NCBI GenBank assembly: GCA_977016875.1
Contig: CDRNST010000006.1
Coordinates: forward strand, 6,758,001 to 6,822,000
Direction: 5' to 3'
DNA length: 64,000 nucleotides
Source of the DNA: Pavona decussata
Taxonomy: Eukaryota
Position 1 is the stretch's first letter; every line of letters begins with the position of its first letter. Below the pieces are notes generated by a model. It was not told the DNA's origin. It saw nothing but the letters and a program-made list of their open reading frames with translations, and searched no databases. A program made the position numbers and the translations under genes. Positions 14,284-25,141 of this stretch are shown piece after piece.

Positions 14284-15126
14284 CTAGGCCTGTTTGTTCA
14301 GTTGTAAACCTTCTGTGGTAGATGCCCAAACGATTTCCGCTTTCACACCAGTCCATCCATTTACTGTTATTATTATGATGGAAACTAAAAAGGGAACATA
14401 ACAAACAACCAATGCCAACTGCACCCACGCTATGCTAGAAACCGTCTTCTCGTATTTTCCGATATTCTGTGGGGTCATTCCTTGCTGATTTTGGCGGTCT
14501 TGCACCTTAGCTTGGTGTTGCTGTAATGTGAGGATTATCTTCGTGTAACAGAATATTGAGATAGATAAAAGGACGACTGAAAACACAACTGCTGTTGCGA
14601 AGATGATAGGTAACAAATTGATCCAGAAGAAGTAAATAAATCCAACTGATATCCCAGCTAGCCAAATACAAACAGTGAGTGCACGAGTTCGCTTCAGTGT
14701 TACGACGTTTTTGTATCTGAGTCCCAATTTCAGGGCGAGAAGCCTGTCAACACTGATGGCAGTCGAGGTCACAACTGACGTTCCGCAAAGAACAAAACTT
14801 GAACCATTATTTATTTGAATAATCTGTTGAATGAAGTTGAAGTTGATCTTTATGCCGCCAGCATTCAGCAGGAGGATGACAGAGAACGGTTGTGATACGA
14901 GACCAATAAAAAGATCAGTTGCTGCGAGGCATGGAAGTAACAGTTTTGTTGGTGGATGAATAGCAGATGCTTTGTGAAGAGCAATAAGGATCAAGCCATT
15001 ACCCAGAGACGCAATGATGGAAAGAAAAACGTTCAAAGTAGCGTAAGATACAGCTACTATTGCTGGAATTATGTTTGCCTGTCTCAGCGTGTTCGTAAAG
15101 TTCCTATTTTCAGTCCAGTTCGCCAT
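14284..15126 (-). pseudogene. Class A GPCR, cnidarian adenosine/melanocortin-receptor-like type, truncated before TM7
   Basis: MANWTENRNFT..., LGNGLILIAL, LAATDLFIGLVSQP, AISVDRLLAL, LVVCYVPF. Homology stops at ~14315 (WASTT) and there is no NPxxY. Confidence 0.85.
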
Positions 15127-15630
15127 TTTTGGCTGTTTCCTAAACGGCTTCAAATCAGAAAACGCAGTTCCTTCACTGAGAAACGAACTGGATTTTAATG
15201 AGACCAGTCGTTCTTTAATTTTTTGTTAGATGTAGTGTCCTTCAGGTTACAAGCCAGCTTTCGAGGTGACTACACTGCCAAAACAAAGTTTCACCTGCGT
15301 ACTTTCTTAAATATACCCATTTTAACCTGTCAGCTGTTTCAACAGCGCGTCTGTGAGTCTGTAGGTTATCGCAATTAAAATGTGGGCATTCATTGGGCAC
15401 AGTTTGGCAGTATTTATGTAGCCACATTACGTTTTTTTCAATTGGCAACATTCACGCGGTCATAAATTAAAAAATTCTAAATATACGTAAACAGCAATAA
15501 TTTTTTCAGCGAGATTGTTGTTGTTATTTAACACTCCAAAATATTTCCACCCTTCGGCTCTGGTAGTTCGTCCGGCAAGAAGAGCGCTGCGACTCAAATA
15601 ACAGCTGCATTCGCCATTTTTTAGTGCCGC

Positions 15631-15820
15631 AATAGGCCCTTTTCATGATGACGTCATTTGACTACAATTACCAGAATTCATTTCGTTTTCCTTTTCAAAT
15701 TCAAATTTTGTAATCCCTGTGGACAGCAAAGCACAATGGCTCTAATTAGCACGAGAAAACAAAAACCTGAAGGATTCTGGTAGTTGTAGTCAAATGACGC
15801 CATAGTGAAAATGTCCTATT
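15631..15820. mobile_element. 190-bp MITE
   Basis: TIRs AATAGGCCCTTTTCATGATGACGTCATTTGACTACAA / TTGTAGTCAAATGACGCCATAGTGAAAATGTCCTATT. A second family member lies at 50013-50202. Confidence 0.85.
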
Positions 15821-15822
15821 GT

Positions 15823-15887
15823 CAAACTCGTTCCCAGGGCCCTGTCTTTTCCTCCCTCGAAGAGAGAGGAACCTGGGAACAAGGTTG
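15823..15887. mobile_element. Short palindromic MITE
   Basis: CAAACTCGTTCCCAGG ... CCTGGGAACAAGGTTG inverted ends. Confidence 0.6.
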
Positions 15888-16997
15888 TGTTATTATTTTT
15901 ATTGGCATAAGATATTAGCAAGACCAGTTGCCCTTTTTAAAAAAGTGTAGCTAGCTTAAGAATAATGCGAACAACACGACAAACAGAAAACTGAAATAAA
16001 AGAAGCCGTCAGTCACAGCAAATTTACTTCCTCTCACCTCACAGAATGTGGTGTTAGTCGCGGGATAGCGCAGAGATACCAACAAATCTTTTGGAGATCT
16101 CTTCTCTTTCCCGCCTAAATTTTCTCTCGTCTTTCCCCCCACTTTCCCGGCAAATCGACCCATTTTCTGTGCTTTCTGTCTGAACGTTATAAGGGTCGGG
16201 GGAAAGATAGACAAAAGTGGATCTAGGAGCCGTACCATAAATTAGAAGAAACGAAATTTTGTGGATTTAAAGAAAAAGTGGATTTTATATGGGAGATTTC
16301 AGGGTGAGCAGTACCCTGGACCGGCAGATAATTTCCGTGTCGGTAGACTCCCGGATAATCCGAGACCGTCGACATATATGATAACGGCAACAGATTAGTT
16401 GAGGATAAGTTCGTCTCACGGATTTGTCAGCCTCAGTAATGTCTAATATGAATCAGGGACTACCACCGTTCATTTTTCGATGGATATCTGTTCGGATGGC
16501 CTTTATCGGCTAAAAAAATTGGAATTATTCGTAAAGGAAATCTACAGTTTATTTGCCAAAATGTGAAATCAAAATTTCGTAACACTTTGAACAAAACTAA
16601 TTCCTTTCGTTTTCAAAGGGGAAAGTATGTCTTTAAAAATGCGAAAAAAAAAAAAAAAAGGGGGGGGGGGGGGGAGGCAACTAACTAGCATTTTTGTATA
16701 GCCATTTTTGTATAGCGAACAACAAGTTGTATATTCGAGGACATAGAACTTTCTGCAACTTACATTTTCAGCTAAAGGATCCGAACAGAAACAAACGTGT
16801 CCTTAAAAGGGTATAAAACGATCTGGGAACAAAGGAGACAACAATTTAAGTATTTTGCTTAAATGTTCTCGTTCTCGTTCATTTCTTACGCATACTTCGT
16901 GTAAATTTACAAAGAAAACATCCTTCAGTTCGATTATTAAAAGCCTGATAAAGTAGTTTATGTAAAAAGATTACGAAGATTGAGTTACTGACAGTTA

Positions 16998-17850
16998 GGC
17001 CCGTTTCATACGTCGAACTTTACATTAGCCGAACTTAATACCTATTAAGGTCGACCAAAATAATTAAGTTCGGCAGTTGATTCAGACGTCGAACCTAACT
17101 GAAGTCGAACTTAAAGCTAAAGTGAGAAAGTAGATTTTCGTGGTCAGCGGCTGTTGTTTTTTTCTCAACAAGATTCAAAATGGCGGGAAAGATGAATTCT
17201 GACATGGAAGAGCTTGTTTGGTAAAATGGCATTGGGGGTGGTCAATTGTTTATTTTAGTATTAGTTGTTATTGATATTTCTTATAATTCTTTATAGTTAT
17301 TATATTTAAAATTTTTAAATTCACGTAAAGCGCTTTTGATCATTTTAATGTTAAAAGGCACTATATTAAGTGAATAAATGTTGTTTTTGAAGATTTGTTC
17401 GGAGAAATCTTGACGCTTTGCCTTTGATATAGCCTGTATTGGAAAGTTTCTGTCGGTTTGAAGTGCGTGTGCACATCAAGAATAGATTCTTTTCTTTTTT
17501 TTTAATCTTTCGCATCTCAGACAAGTATATTTAGTTGTTTCTAAACAAGAAGAACAAGCGCATTCCTCTTTTCCCGCCATCTTGTTCAGGATGAAGTCCT
17601 TTGTGCATGTCAAGTCAATGGAACGCGCAGACCTCTGGGATAGATATAATTTATATAATTTATACGTAACGTATGCATTTGATTCGGCACACGTAAATGT
17701 TCGACGTATGAATCGAAGTCGAACTTAAGAACGGCGGGTCGACCCAAATACAAATCTGTCGATCCTAACTGATTCATACGTCGATCTTTACTTGCGCCAA
17801 ACCAAATAATTAGGCTCGGCCCATGTAAAGTTCAACGTATGAACCGGGCC
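16998..17850. mobile_element. PIF/Harbinger-like MITE
   Basis: GGCCCGTTTCATACGTCGAACTTTACAT ... ATGTAAAGTTCAACGTATGAACCGGGCC, flanked by TTA / TCA. Many internal GTCGAAC repeats. Confidence 0.7.
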
Positions 17851-18242
17851 TCAGACGCCGAACTTTTCATGAGCCGAACCTAATACCTCGAATTAAGTAC
17901 ATGAAAAGTTCGGCGTCTGAATCAGTTGAAAACGGCTGTTTCAATTTGGAACGACCCAGCCGTTCTTCCCGCCTGGCTCAGCCGGGAATTTTGGCTTTGG
18001 AACGGCTTTGATTCAGACGCCGAACTTTTCATGAGCTGAACCTAATGCATAAATTATTATAACGTATTTCAAATAAAAAAGATAAAAAAAAAAAAAAAAC
18101 GCTGACCTTTCGATTGGTTTTGCTTCAAGTAAATTAAGTTCGGCTAATTAAGTTCGGCGTCTGAATCAAAAGGCGGGATTTTCGTGATTTAGGCCGACCT
18201 TAATTTGAATTAAGTTCGGCTGATGAAAATTTCGGCGTCTGA
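17851..18242. mobile_element. Related palindromic MITE abutting the previous one
   Basis: TCAGACGCCGAACTTTTCATGAGCCGAAC ... GTTCGGCTGATGAAAATTTCGGCGTCTGA, with internal copies of the same motif. Confidence 0.65.
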
Positions 18243-18554
18243 GCGTTTCACAGTTCCTCACCATCTGGCCTTAAAAGTACCATCCACTGCAAAGGTAAGT
18301 TTCTTGTAGATAGCCTTTGGCTCACGTATGGAATAGAAGTCGAAAATTTTTCCATTTAAATTGTTGTTGAAGCGCGGAATTTGCTTATCAGTGTGACAAT
18401 TAAACAATACTTTTTCAAAACTTGTCTTGTTTCTTTCAAAATTCGCGGATGATTAATCCAAAATATGTTTTTAATCCACAAAAAATATAACAGGAAGCAA
18501 AATATTTTGTTCACTTCGGGTATTTCATGACACGAGGGGATTTTAGATTGTTAT

Positions 18555-19607
18555 CCTCGGTATGTCATTAACCTGTCGTCGTTGAGCTATTTGAAAATTT
18601 AGTGTTTGTTTTCAAAAGTGCATATAGGCGAATAATCCAAGGATGGCCCACGGTTCCAACTCGTCTTTATTACAGTTAATACGAATTACGATTACGATTG
18701 CTAAAAGCGAAACAAAATACAAATTACTAAGGAATACAAATGATGGTTATGAAACGACGAAAATACAGGAAACGGAAAGAAACTAAGCGAAAATACTTAC
18801 AAACGTTGTGTGACTTGAAAGTTGAACGGAAAAAATGTACGATGGCTAACAAGACTGGACGAAAGAAACTGCAACGATGTTGCCGCGAACGCTGAAGCGA
18901 AATGAATTAGAATAAACGATGAAACTTACAAAATGATCTAAGAACAAAGAAAATTATGCAGAGAAATCTAACAGAATGAACAGCGATAACTGAAAAGAAT
19001 GTGAAAGGAATGTGCAACCATACAAAGAACTAAATGCTAAACATATTGACGTGGAATGCGGCCGTAACAGTGCACTTTGTAATTTCAACTGTCAATTTTC
19101 GTAGGTACGTTGGCCCCAAAATTTATTGCAAATATTTGAAGGGAAGACGTTGCTCTTTAACTGGGGTGTACTTTTATGAAATCTAGTAACGTACCATTGG
19201 CGATATTTTCATTTGAATTTAGCGGATTTTTGTACCTAACAAAATGGCTCACAAAAGAGACAAGTTAAAAAATCGATAAAATATTCAGCTTTTTATTACA
19301 ATTGGAAATAACCGTCCTGAATTAATCTTAAATGTCATCTGATTTCGAGTTCTACCTTGTCGTTTAGTTTTAGTTACGTTTCATTTCCAAACCCAGGTGT
19401 TACCGATCTGTAGTAAAATGATCCCTGAGTTCCTGCCGAGAGGTGAACAACCAAATTATTTGTCCTACAGCTAAAATATTTATTTGATTCACCCAAAAGT
19501 TATATCAATGTAAATCACTTACCTAGTCCTTTGTTTTGAGAAAGTTTGAGGAATTTTATTTTTTCTCACCCAAAACACATTAGTTTGAAAATTACAGACG
19601 GCCACTC
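18555..19607 (-). repeat. Right terminal inverted repeat, interrupted by a solo LTR
   Basis: Reverse complement of 11598-12205. The match resumes on both sides of 18623-19069. Confidence 0.88.
18623..19069 (-). mobile_element. Solo LTR (447 bp) with 5-bp TSD
   Basis: GTGCA is duplicated at 18618-18622 and 19070-19074. The minus strand starts TGTTACGGCCGCATTC and has AATAAA near its 3' end; the terminal CA appears mutated to TA. Removing it restores the TIR. Confidence 0.75.
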
Positions 19608-22600
19608 TTAATTATTTTCAGTATTTTACCTTGCATCCCAGTGTAAGAACTCTTTTGTGCCGTCTGTGCTCAGCAACTGCTGCAAGTGCCTAGAAGATGA
19701 AGAAAGATTTGAAAATTAGACGGTTGAAGAGTGGAGATCATATTCTTGTAGACAAAATATGTCACGGGCCGGATTTTGTCCATCGAATAACTGCGATCCT
19801 GAGATTCCTGTGGTTTCGTAAACGGTTTGAGTAGTTATAATAATTATATTTCTTGGACATGTGGCCTTACTAACTTTCTATCGCAGACAAAACACTTACG
19901 AAAAGAGTGATGCCAATAAAAGCCGCGATTATCTTAAATGTCATCTTTAGTTTTCCTCGAAATACCGTTTTGAATTTAGTTCGAAGAAAGAAAAAGGGTT
20001 TGGAAACCGCTTCTGCTGACCGCAAGTATCTCCTCAACAAGCGAGCAGTCCAGGCTGTTATTTTACGTAGAACCAAAACATATCAGATAAATAAATTGAA
20101 AACACGGGAACGTGTTCCCCTGAACATGTTTTGTGGATTAGACAAAGGAAGCAAAATTTTTTTACTGTGACAACTTGATGTCAACATGTTTGCCATTTTC
20201 ATTTTTCTTACATGGTTCGTTTGTAGAGCAGTGCACGGCAAGCAAGCTGTGAAGTCTGGGATCATTCATTTATCCAAGAGACAACTCTAAAAGTTATTTT
20301 TGTTCTTGTTGACTGTTGTAGATAGCTTTCTCCTATTGATTTTGAGGTCTTTGTTTTGCGATGTAAAACTGAATGCATTATTTCTGAGTCGGAGCAAACA
20401 ATAAATTTAGGTTGACAGTTCAGATGGATTCCTCAGTTTCTCTTCATACTGAGAGACATAGATTGCCCTCTTTTTCTGCTCCGCAGCAGAAACGAAACCT
20501 CTGTCTTCAGTTTCAGGGTAGTTCCCATTACATAAGAAAAGAGATACGCTGCTACCAGTCGTATGTCCATATACTTACGATTCACCCGCTATAATTTGTC
20601 AAAGTCAATTTGGTGAGTTCTTGTACAGCCAGTCACTCTAAGGTTGTGAATGTTTACAGAATGAATTGTTTAGTTGTATATGTACACTGTACGTAATATT
20701 TACTATATATTCTAATTTTGGAAATTTTTTAGTAAAATTTTCAAATATTACAACTTACGATTCCACACCTCATTAAGATCATGCCGTATTTTTACATTTT
20801 TCATGTTGAGTTCAGTCAGTTGTTTGCGGAATCAGTCAGTTCGGATTGTTTACATTATATGTAACAAGTATTAATCAAGGATTAGTAAAGTGCGTTCGAT
20901 CTGTCTTATCTCTGCTAAAATTATAGGGTTCTTTATTGTTTTGAATAAGCCAGAAACTCGTTAGCAAAAGTGGAGTTCAGGAAGGAGGTTATCGAGAATT
21001 ACCATGAATGAAACTTTGTTCTGGTACAATGCAATAAACTCAGTCTGAATGTAGCAAAATTCCACACAATCAGTGATTTGAGGAATCAGCGTTCTGATTG
21101 TTTACATAAAACATAACAATTTCTTACCTGGGGACTTTTTGGCAGTAAAATTAAGGAATAAAGTAAGTCTGCATGCTGGAATATTGAGAACTGCGCTTGT
21201 GTTAAGTTTGTCCGAATCAACGAACCCACGAGCCCCATTCGCATGGGAGATGAACATGTATTTAGGAATACGACGCAAATTATTTCGGTGCGAATCAATT
21301 TTTTGCCGGGATATTCAAACTCTGTAAACAAAAGAAATTTTTGCCAAAAGCTTTGGCTGATCAAATTTAAGATTTCTAAGCTCTAAAAAAGTCTTAACAT
21401 CAACTTTAGAGTTTTCCTAATATTTCTCTAAATTGATGTAGCGTGGACCGTTATAGACGAATGCCCGATGGAAACCAAAAATCGCGAATGTCAGCTTTCC
21501 ACCAAACCTTTATTTCTAAGCTTTGATTAGAGAATCTTTTACCAAGTACCTTATAAATATTCTGGGTTTAAATATCTGAAATCATTCTTACAGGAACTAA
21601 TTGTCATCGGATTCATATACAAAGTCTGCATTTTGCGCCATATTTGCCAAAATGGCGTACAGGCAAAAAAGATTTCTTCTTCCCCTCTCAGGTGCATTTG
21701 GAATGCGAAAAGATCGCTGACCAATCCCACAAGCTTTTTTTAGGATTGGTAGGCAAGTCTGTAGCATTATGATACAGATGGATGACTGATAAAACGTTCG
21801 GTTGTTGAAGTCAATCGACTGTTTGCATGTTTTCGTGAGAAACTGTTCCCACTATTTAGTTCAGTTCAGTGCAAGCGATTCGCGAATCCATATTGTCAGA
21901 ATGCCTCACTTGTGTAATCAAAACATCCCTATCTTGTAAAACTCAACCGAGTTACACCTTCAAACACGAAATATATATCTAAAATACTTTTTTGTGAGCA
22001 CAAAGATGAGAAATGGTTATATGCATGAACACTAAATAAAGCGTGTCTTGTATGGTCACTGAATTTAAATGGCGATTTTATAATTACCTCATTATACGCC
22101 TCGCAGTCAACATTCGCCTATTCAATTCTCAAACATTCATGTCTGTGAAAGCCGACGTGTTTTTTGTTGTTGTTGTTGTTGAACAACATAATTTAGGCAC
22201 ATATTGTACGTAACATCGTTGTACGGAATTTCTAAGGCTAGGAAAGATTTGATCTTCCACGTTCATCTTAGGGCCTTAATATTATTTATCTTGTCATGAG
22301 AATTCTCCGAAGAAAATCAAACGCATGACCTTCCGCATACCAAGTTGGTAAAGTGGGTCAGGGAGTCGGTAGGAGATTTTAGCGATTACATGGAATGGCG
22401 ACACAGTGATTCAGCGACCGAGGGCACACAGTTGTTCCATATGATCGATAGCTTATTTTTATTATAACCGACAGAAAAACCAGGCTTAATGTTCTCGCTG
22501 CTTGTGTTCTGGACACTCGATGAAATTTCGAATTTACAAACACGCGTTTCAGGTCGCTCCTTCTAAGATGACTGAATTGGCATCACAAAACTGATAAAGC

Positions 22601-25141
22601 AATCGAAAGTCAGCACAGCTTCGTCGAGCTTACATGCACCTGCCAAAATGAAATGCGACATTGTAAGAAACCCGAACGAGGCTGGCGGAGTGAAGGATCA
22701 CTAGTAAAAAAGCGATTGAATTGTTTGGCAGCTGGAAAATGACACCGGACTACAAAAATAAAGGAATTTGTAAAAACGTACAACTAAGTGGAGAGACGCT
22801 GTACAATCCATTTGATACCTGAACATCATGAACTATTTTCTTGATTCTGATGGAAAGCCGATCTCAGTCATTATAATAAAAGTAAACATTGCCTCTCAAA
22901 TCAAATCAGTTGTTCTCTTGGCCGGTGTAAATCACCAAGGCAGCAGTTGGCCTTAGAGTCTTTTCATGTCCCAGTATTTACACGGAGCATTTTTTGCGGA
23001 AGCAAAATTGTGTCTTAAAATATGCACAAAATGATATTGGGCTTCCGGGCAAAACGTTATGTCAGTAAACTTTCCAAAGTTAGAAAAGATCATTTTTCGA
23101 GATCAAGGGACGAGAAGTTCAAGACAGGGCAGCCTTATGTTTTCCACAGAATGTCAAAAGGTACTTTAAAACTGTTTTTCTTTTGAACCGGAAGTCCACA
23201 TTTTATTCCAATAGCCTCAAGGAAACTACCTTATTTTAGTATTTATTCAACAGGCAACCTGTCTGTTGCTTCTGTTTATTTTATGGGTAAACAAAATTTG
23301 CGAGCAGAACATGTTGCGAAAGTAAACATTGAAACATTTGTCTGTAGAGGAAAAAATGAATTTCACGAGGTCACTTTCTTAAAATACACCTGATTACCTT
23401 TTCAGTTTGGAGTGGATAAATAAAAGGATTAAAATTAAGCCAAGAATGCAGGAAAAAGGAAACTGCGGCAACCTCAGAAGCTCCCAACTACTTTCCAGAC
23501 GTTAAATACTATTAAATGATTATAAATGCTAAATACCTATGCTAATTTAGGTTTTGTTGAAAAAGAGACAGTTGATGTCGTTTGAACAAGGCCTTCGTCT
23601 ACACTTGCTTAATTCTTTGCGGATCGAAAAGAATTAACTAAATGAATGAGAAATACTTTAAAATAACTTCTAAATTCTTTACACAATGTCAGGTTTTACA
23701 TCCATTCCGATTGCCTTTTAAATCGGTTCAGTTACAGGTAAAATCTCTATTAAGCCCCTTCCCCTCCCCCCGTCGGGTCTCCCCACCATAAACTCGGGCT
23801 CAAATGTAAGGAAACAAATAACCTGCCGAGCAAGCTCTCTATTTGGTGTCACCCGAGACTTATTTCGCGTGAGACCCTTATAAGAGAACTTACTCGCAGG
23901 CTAAACATCGCACATGATATTCAGTTTGAAATTTTAAGAAGACGAGGCTTCAGCGTAAGAAGTAAATAGAGACCATCAGATTCTAGTACGAGTTCGACTA
24001 CGAGATAAGACTTGAAGTTTTTAGCGAAGTAGTATCAACAGAGATATCCCAGGGAGCTTCATTATACTCTTTGTAAGCGACGAACTAAATTCCAAAAGAG
24101 AAGATCACTTACGTTTTGAGGAGACAAGGATTCGTTTTTGTCACCACGCCGTTCTCTACAAACCTCTTAGTAAAATTACAACGGCTTTCTCGTTTCACCG
24201 CCAAAATGATACTGGTTCACTCGCTCGCACTCTTTGTCTATTGGAAAAATTCGTAGGAAAAAGTCGTGGGTCTCAAATGTTGTGCTGAGAAGGTGAGTGA
24301 CGCGCGCGCGAAGCGAACGAAACCTTAGTTTCCAGAGAGAGGGACTCCCAAAACAAAACAAAACGGCTGATACGCATGCGCATCCAGGCTACCGTATTTT
24401 TGATACACGTGTTTAAAGCATTCAAAGAAGTATTTTAGTTGTCAATCATTTTAGCATAGCTTGTTTACTGACTCCTAACTTGAAAGGATCCACCCTACAC
24501 TTCTCTAATAAAACTCCGTTCTTGATATGAGTTTTCACAGTGTTTCAATTTAATTCATAACACATACACACATACAATAGTACAGTAGGGAGGAACGCTG
24601 TGTAGTCATTCCAATGGAACGCAAATGAAAATACCTTTTAATTGCAAAGCATTCGATTGCCCCAGGCAACGGGATTGGGTATCTCTTCGTTAGCGTAATG
24701 GTAAATTCGTGTCATTATGATTCACATTAAAATTTTATGGCGCAATTTGCATGGTTAGCCTGAAGGAGGAGATGTTACTTTCTATCATATTATTGTAATT
24801 TGTAGAAGCGAGAAGTCTAGAATTACTTCACTAGAATTAGTTTTTGTAAGACGCATTGTATTTGTAAGCGGCGAAGCGACGAGCTTTTTTGACAGCTTGA
24901 ACGACGAGGAACCAATCAATATCTCTCGTATGTCAGAAACGGGAAGTCAATGGAATATTCTTCTTTTTCCTCCCTCTCGCTCGTCCTTCCTCGTTTAATC
25001 GTTAATTTGCATAATTTGTAGATGTCCGATCTGAGCAAAAACAGTGCTATTAATCGCGTGGCTTTTATATTGAGGACATCAAACAATCCCTATTAATAAA
25101 TCACATGATTTTTGCATTCGAGAGTATTGTGTCGTCCTTAG

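Larger units (their letters stand above)
11598..19607. mobile_element. Non-autonomous Kolobok-like DNA transposon (8.0 kb) with long TIRs and captured GPCR sequences
   Basis: TTAA|GAGTGGCCGTCTGTAATTTTCAA ... TTGAAAATTACAGACGGCCACTC|TTAA. TTAA flanks (11594-11597, 19608-19611) plus RR..YY termini fit Kolobok. It is absent from the same intron in copies 1, 3, 4 and 5. No transposase ORF seen. Confidence 0.85.
10551..19944 (-). pseudogene. Secreted fibrinogen-related-like protein, copy 2 (frameshifted; 8-kb insertion in intron 2)
   Basis: Exons 19944-19900, 19689-19630 and 11236-10551. Exon 3 is 686 nt versus 687 in intact copies: a 1-nt deletion near 11208 (TTCATTTT vs TTCAATTTT) gives an early TGA. 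An assembly error cannot be excluded. Confidence 0.8.

Noticed and set aside
16645-16674. Abutting poly-A and poly-G run
   Set aside because: Simple low-complexity tract with no supporting structure; homopolymer length is unreliable.
16998-18242. CRISPR-like or regularly spaced repeat array (GCCGAAC/GTCGAAC motifs)
   Set aside because: Motifs occur in both orientations with irregular spacing inside TIR-bounded MITEs; eukaryotic context and no cas genes.
11594-19611. piggyBac classification for the TTAA-flanked elements
   Set aside because: piggyBac ends are CCY...RGG; these are GA...TC and AG...CT, which fit Kolobok.
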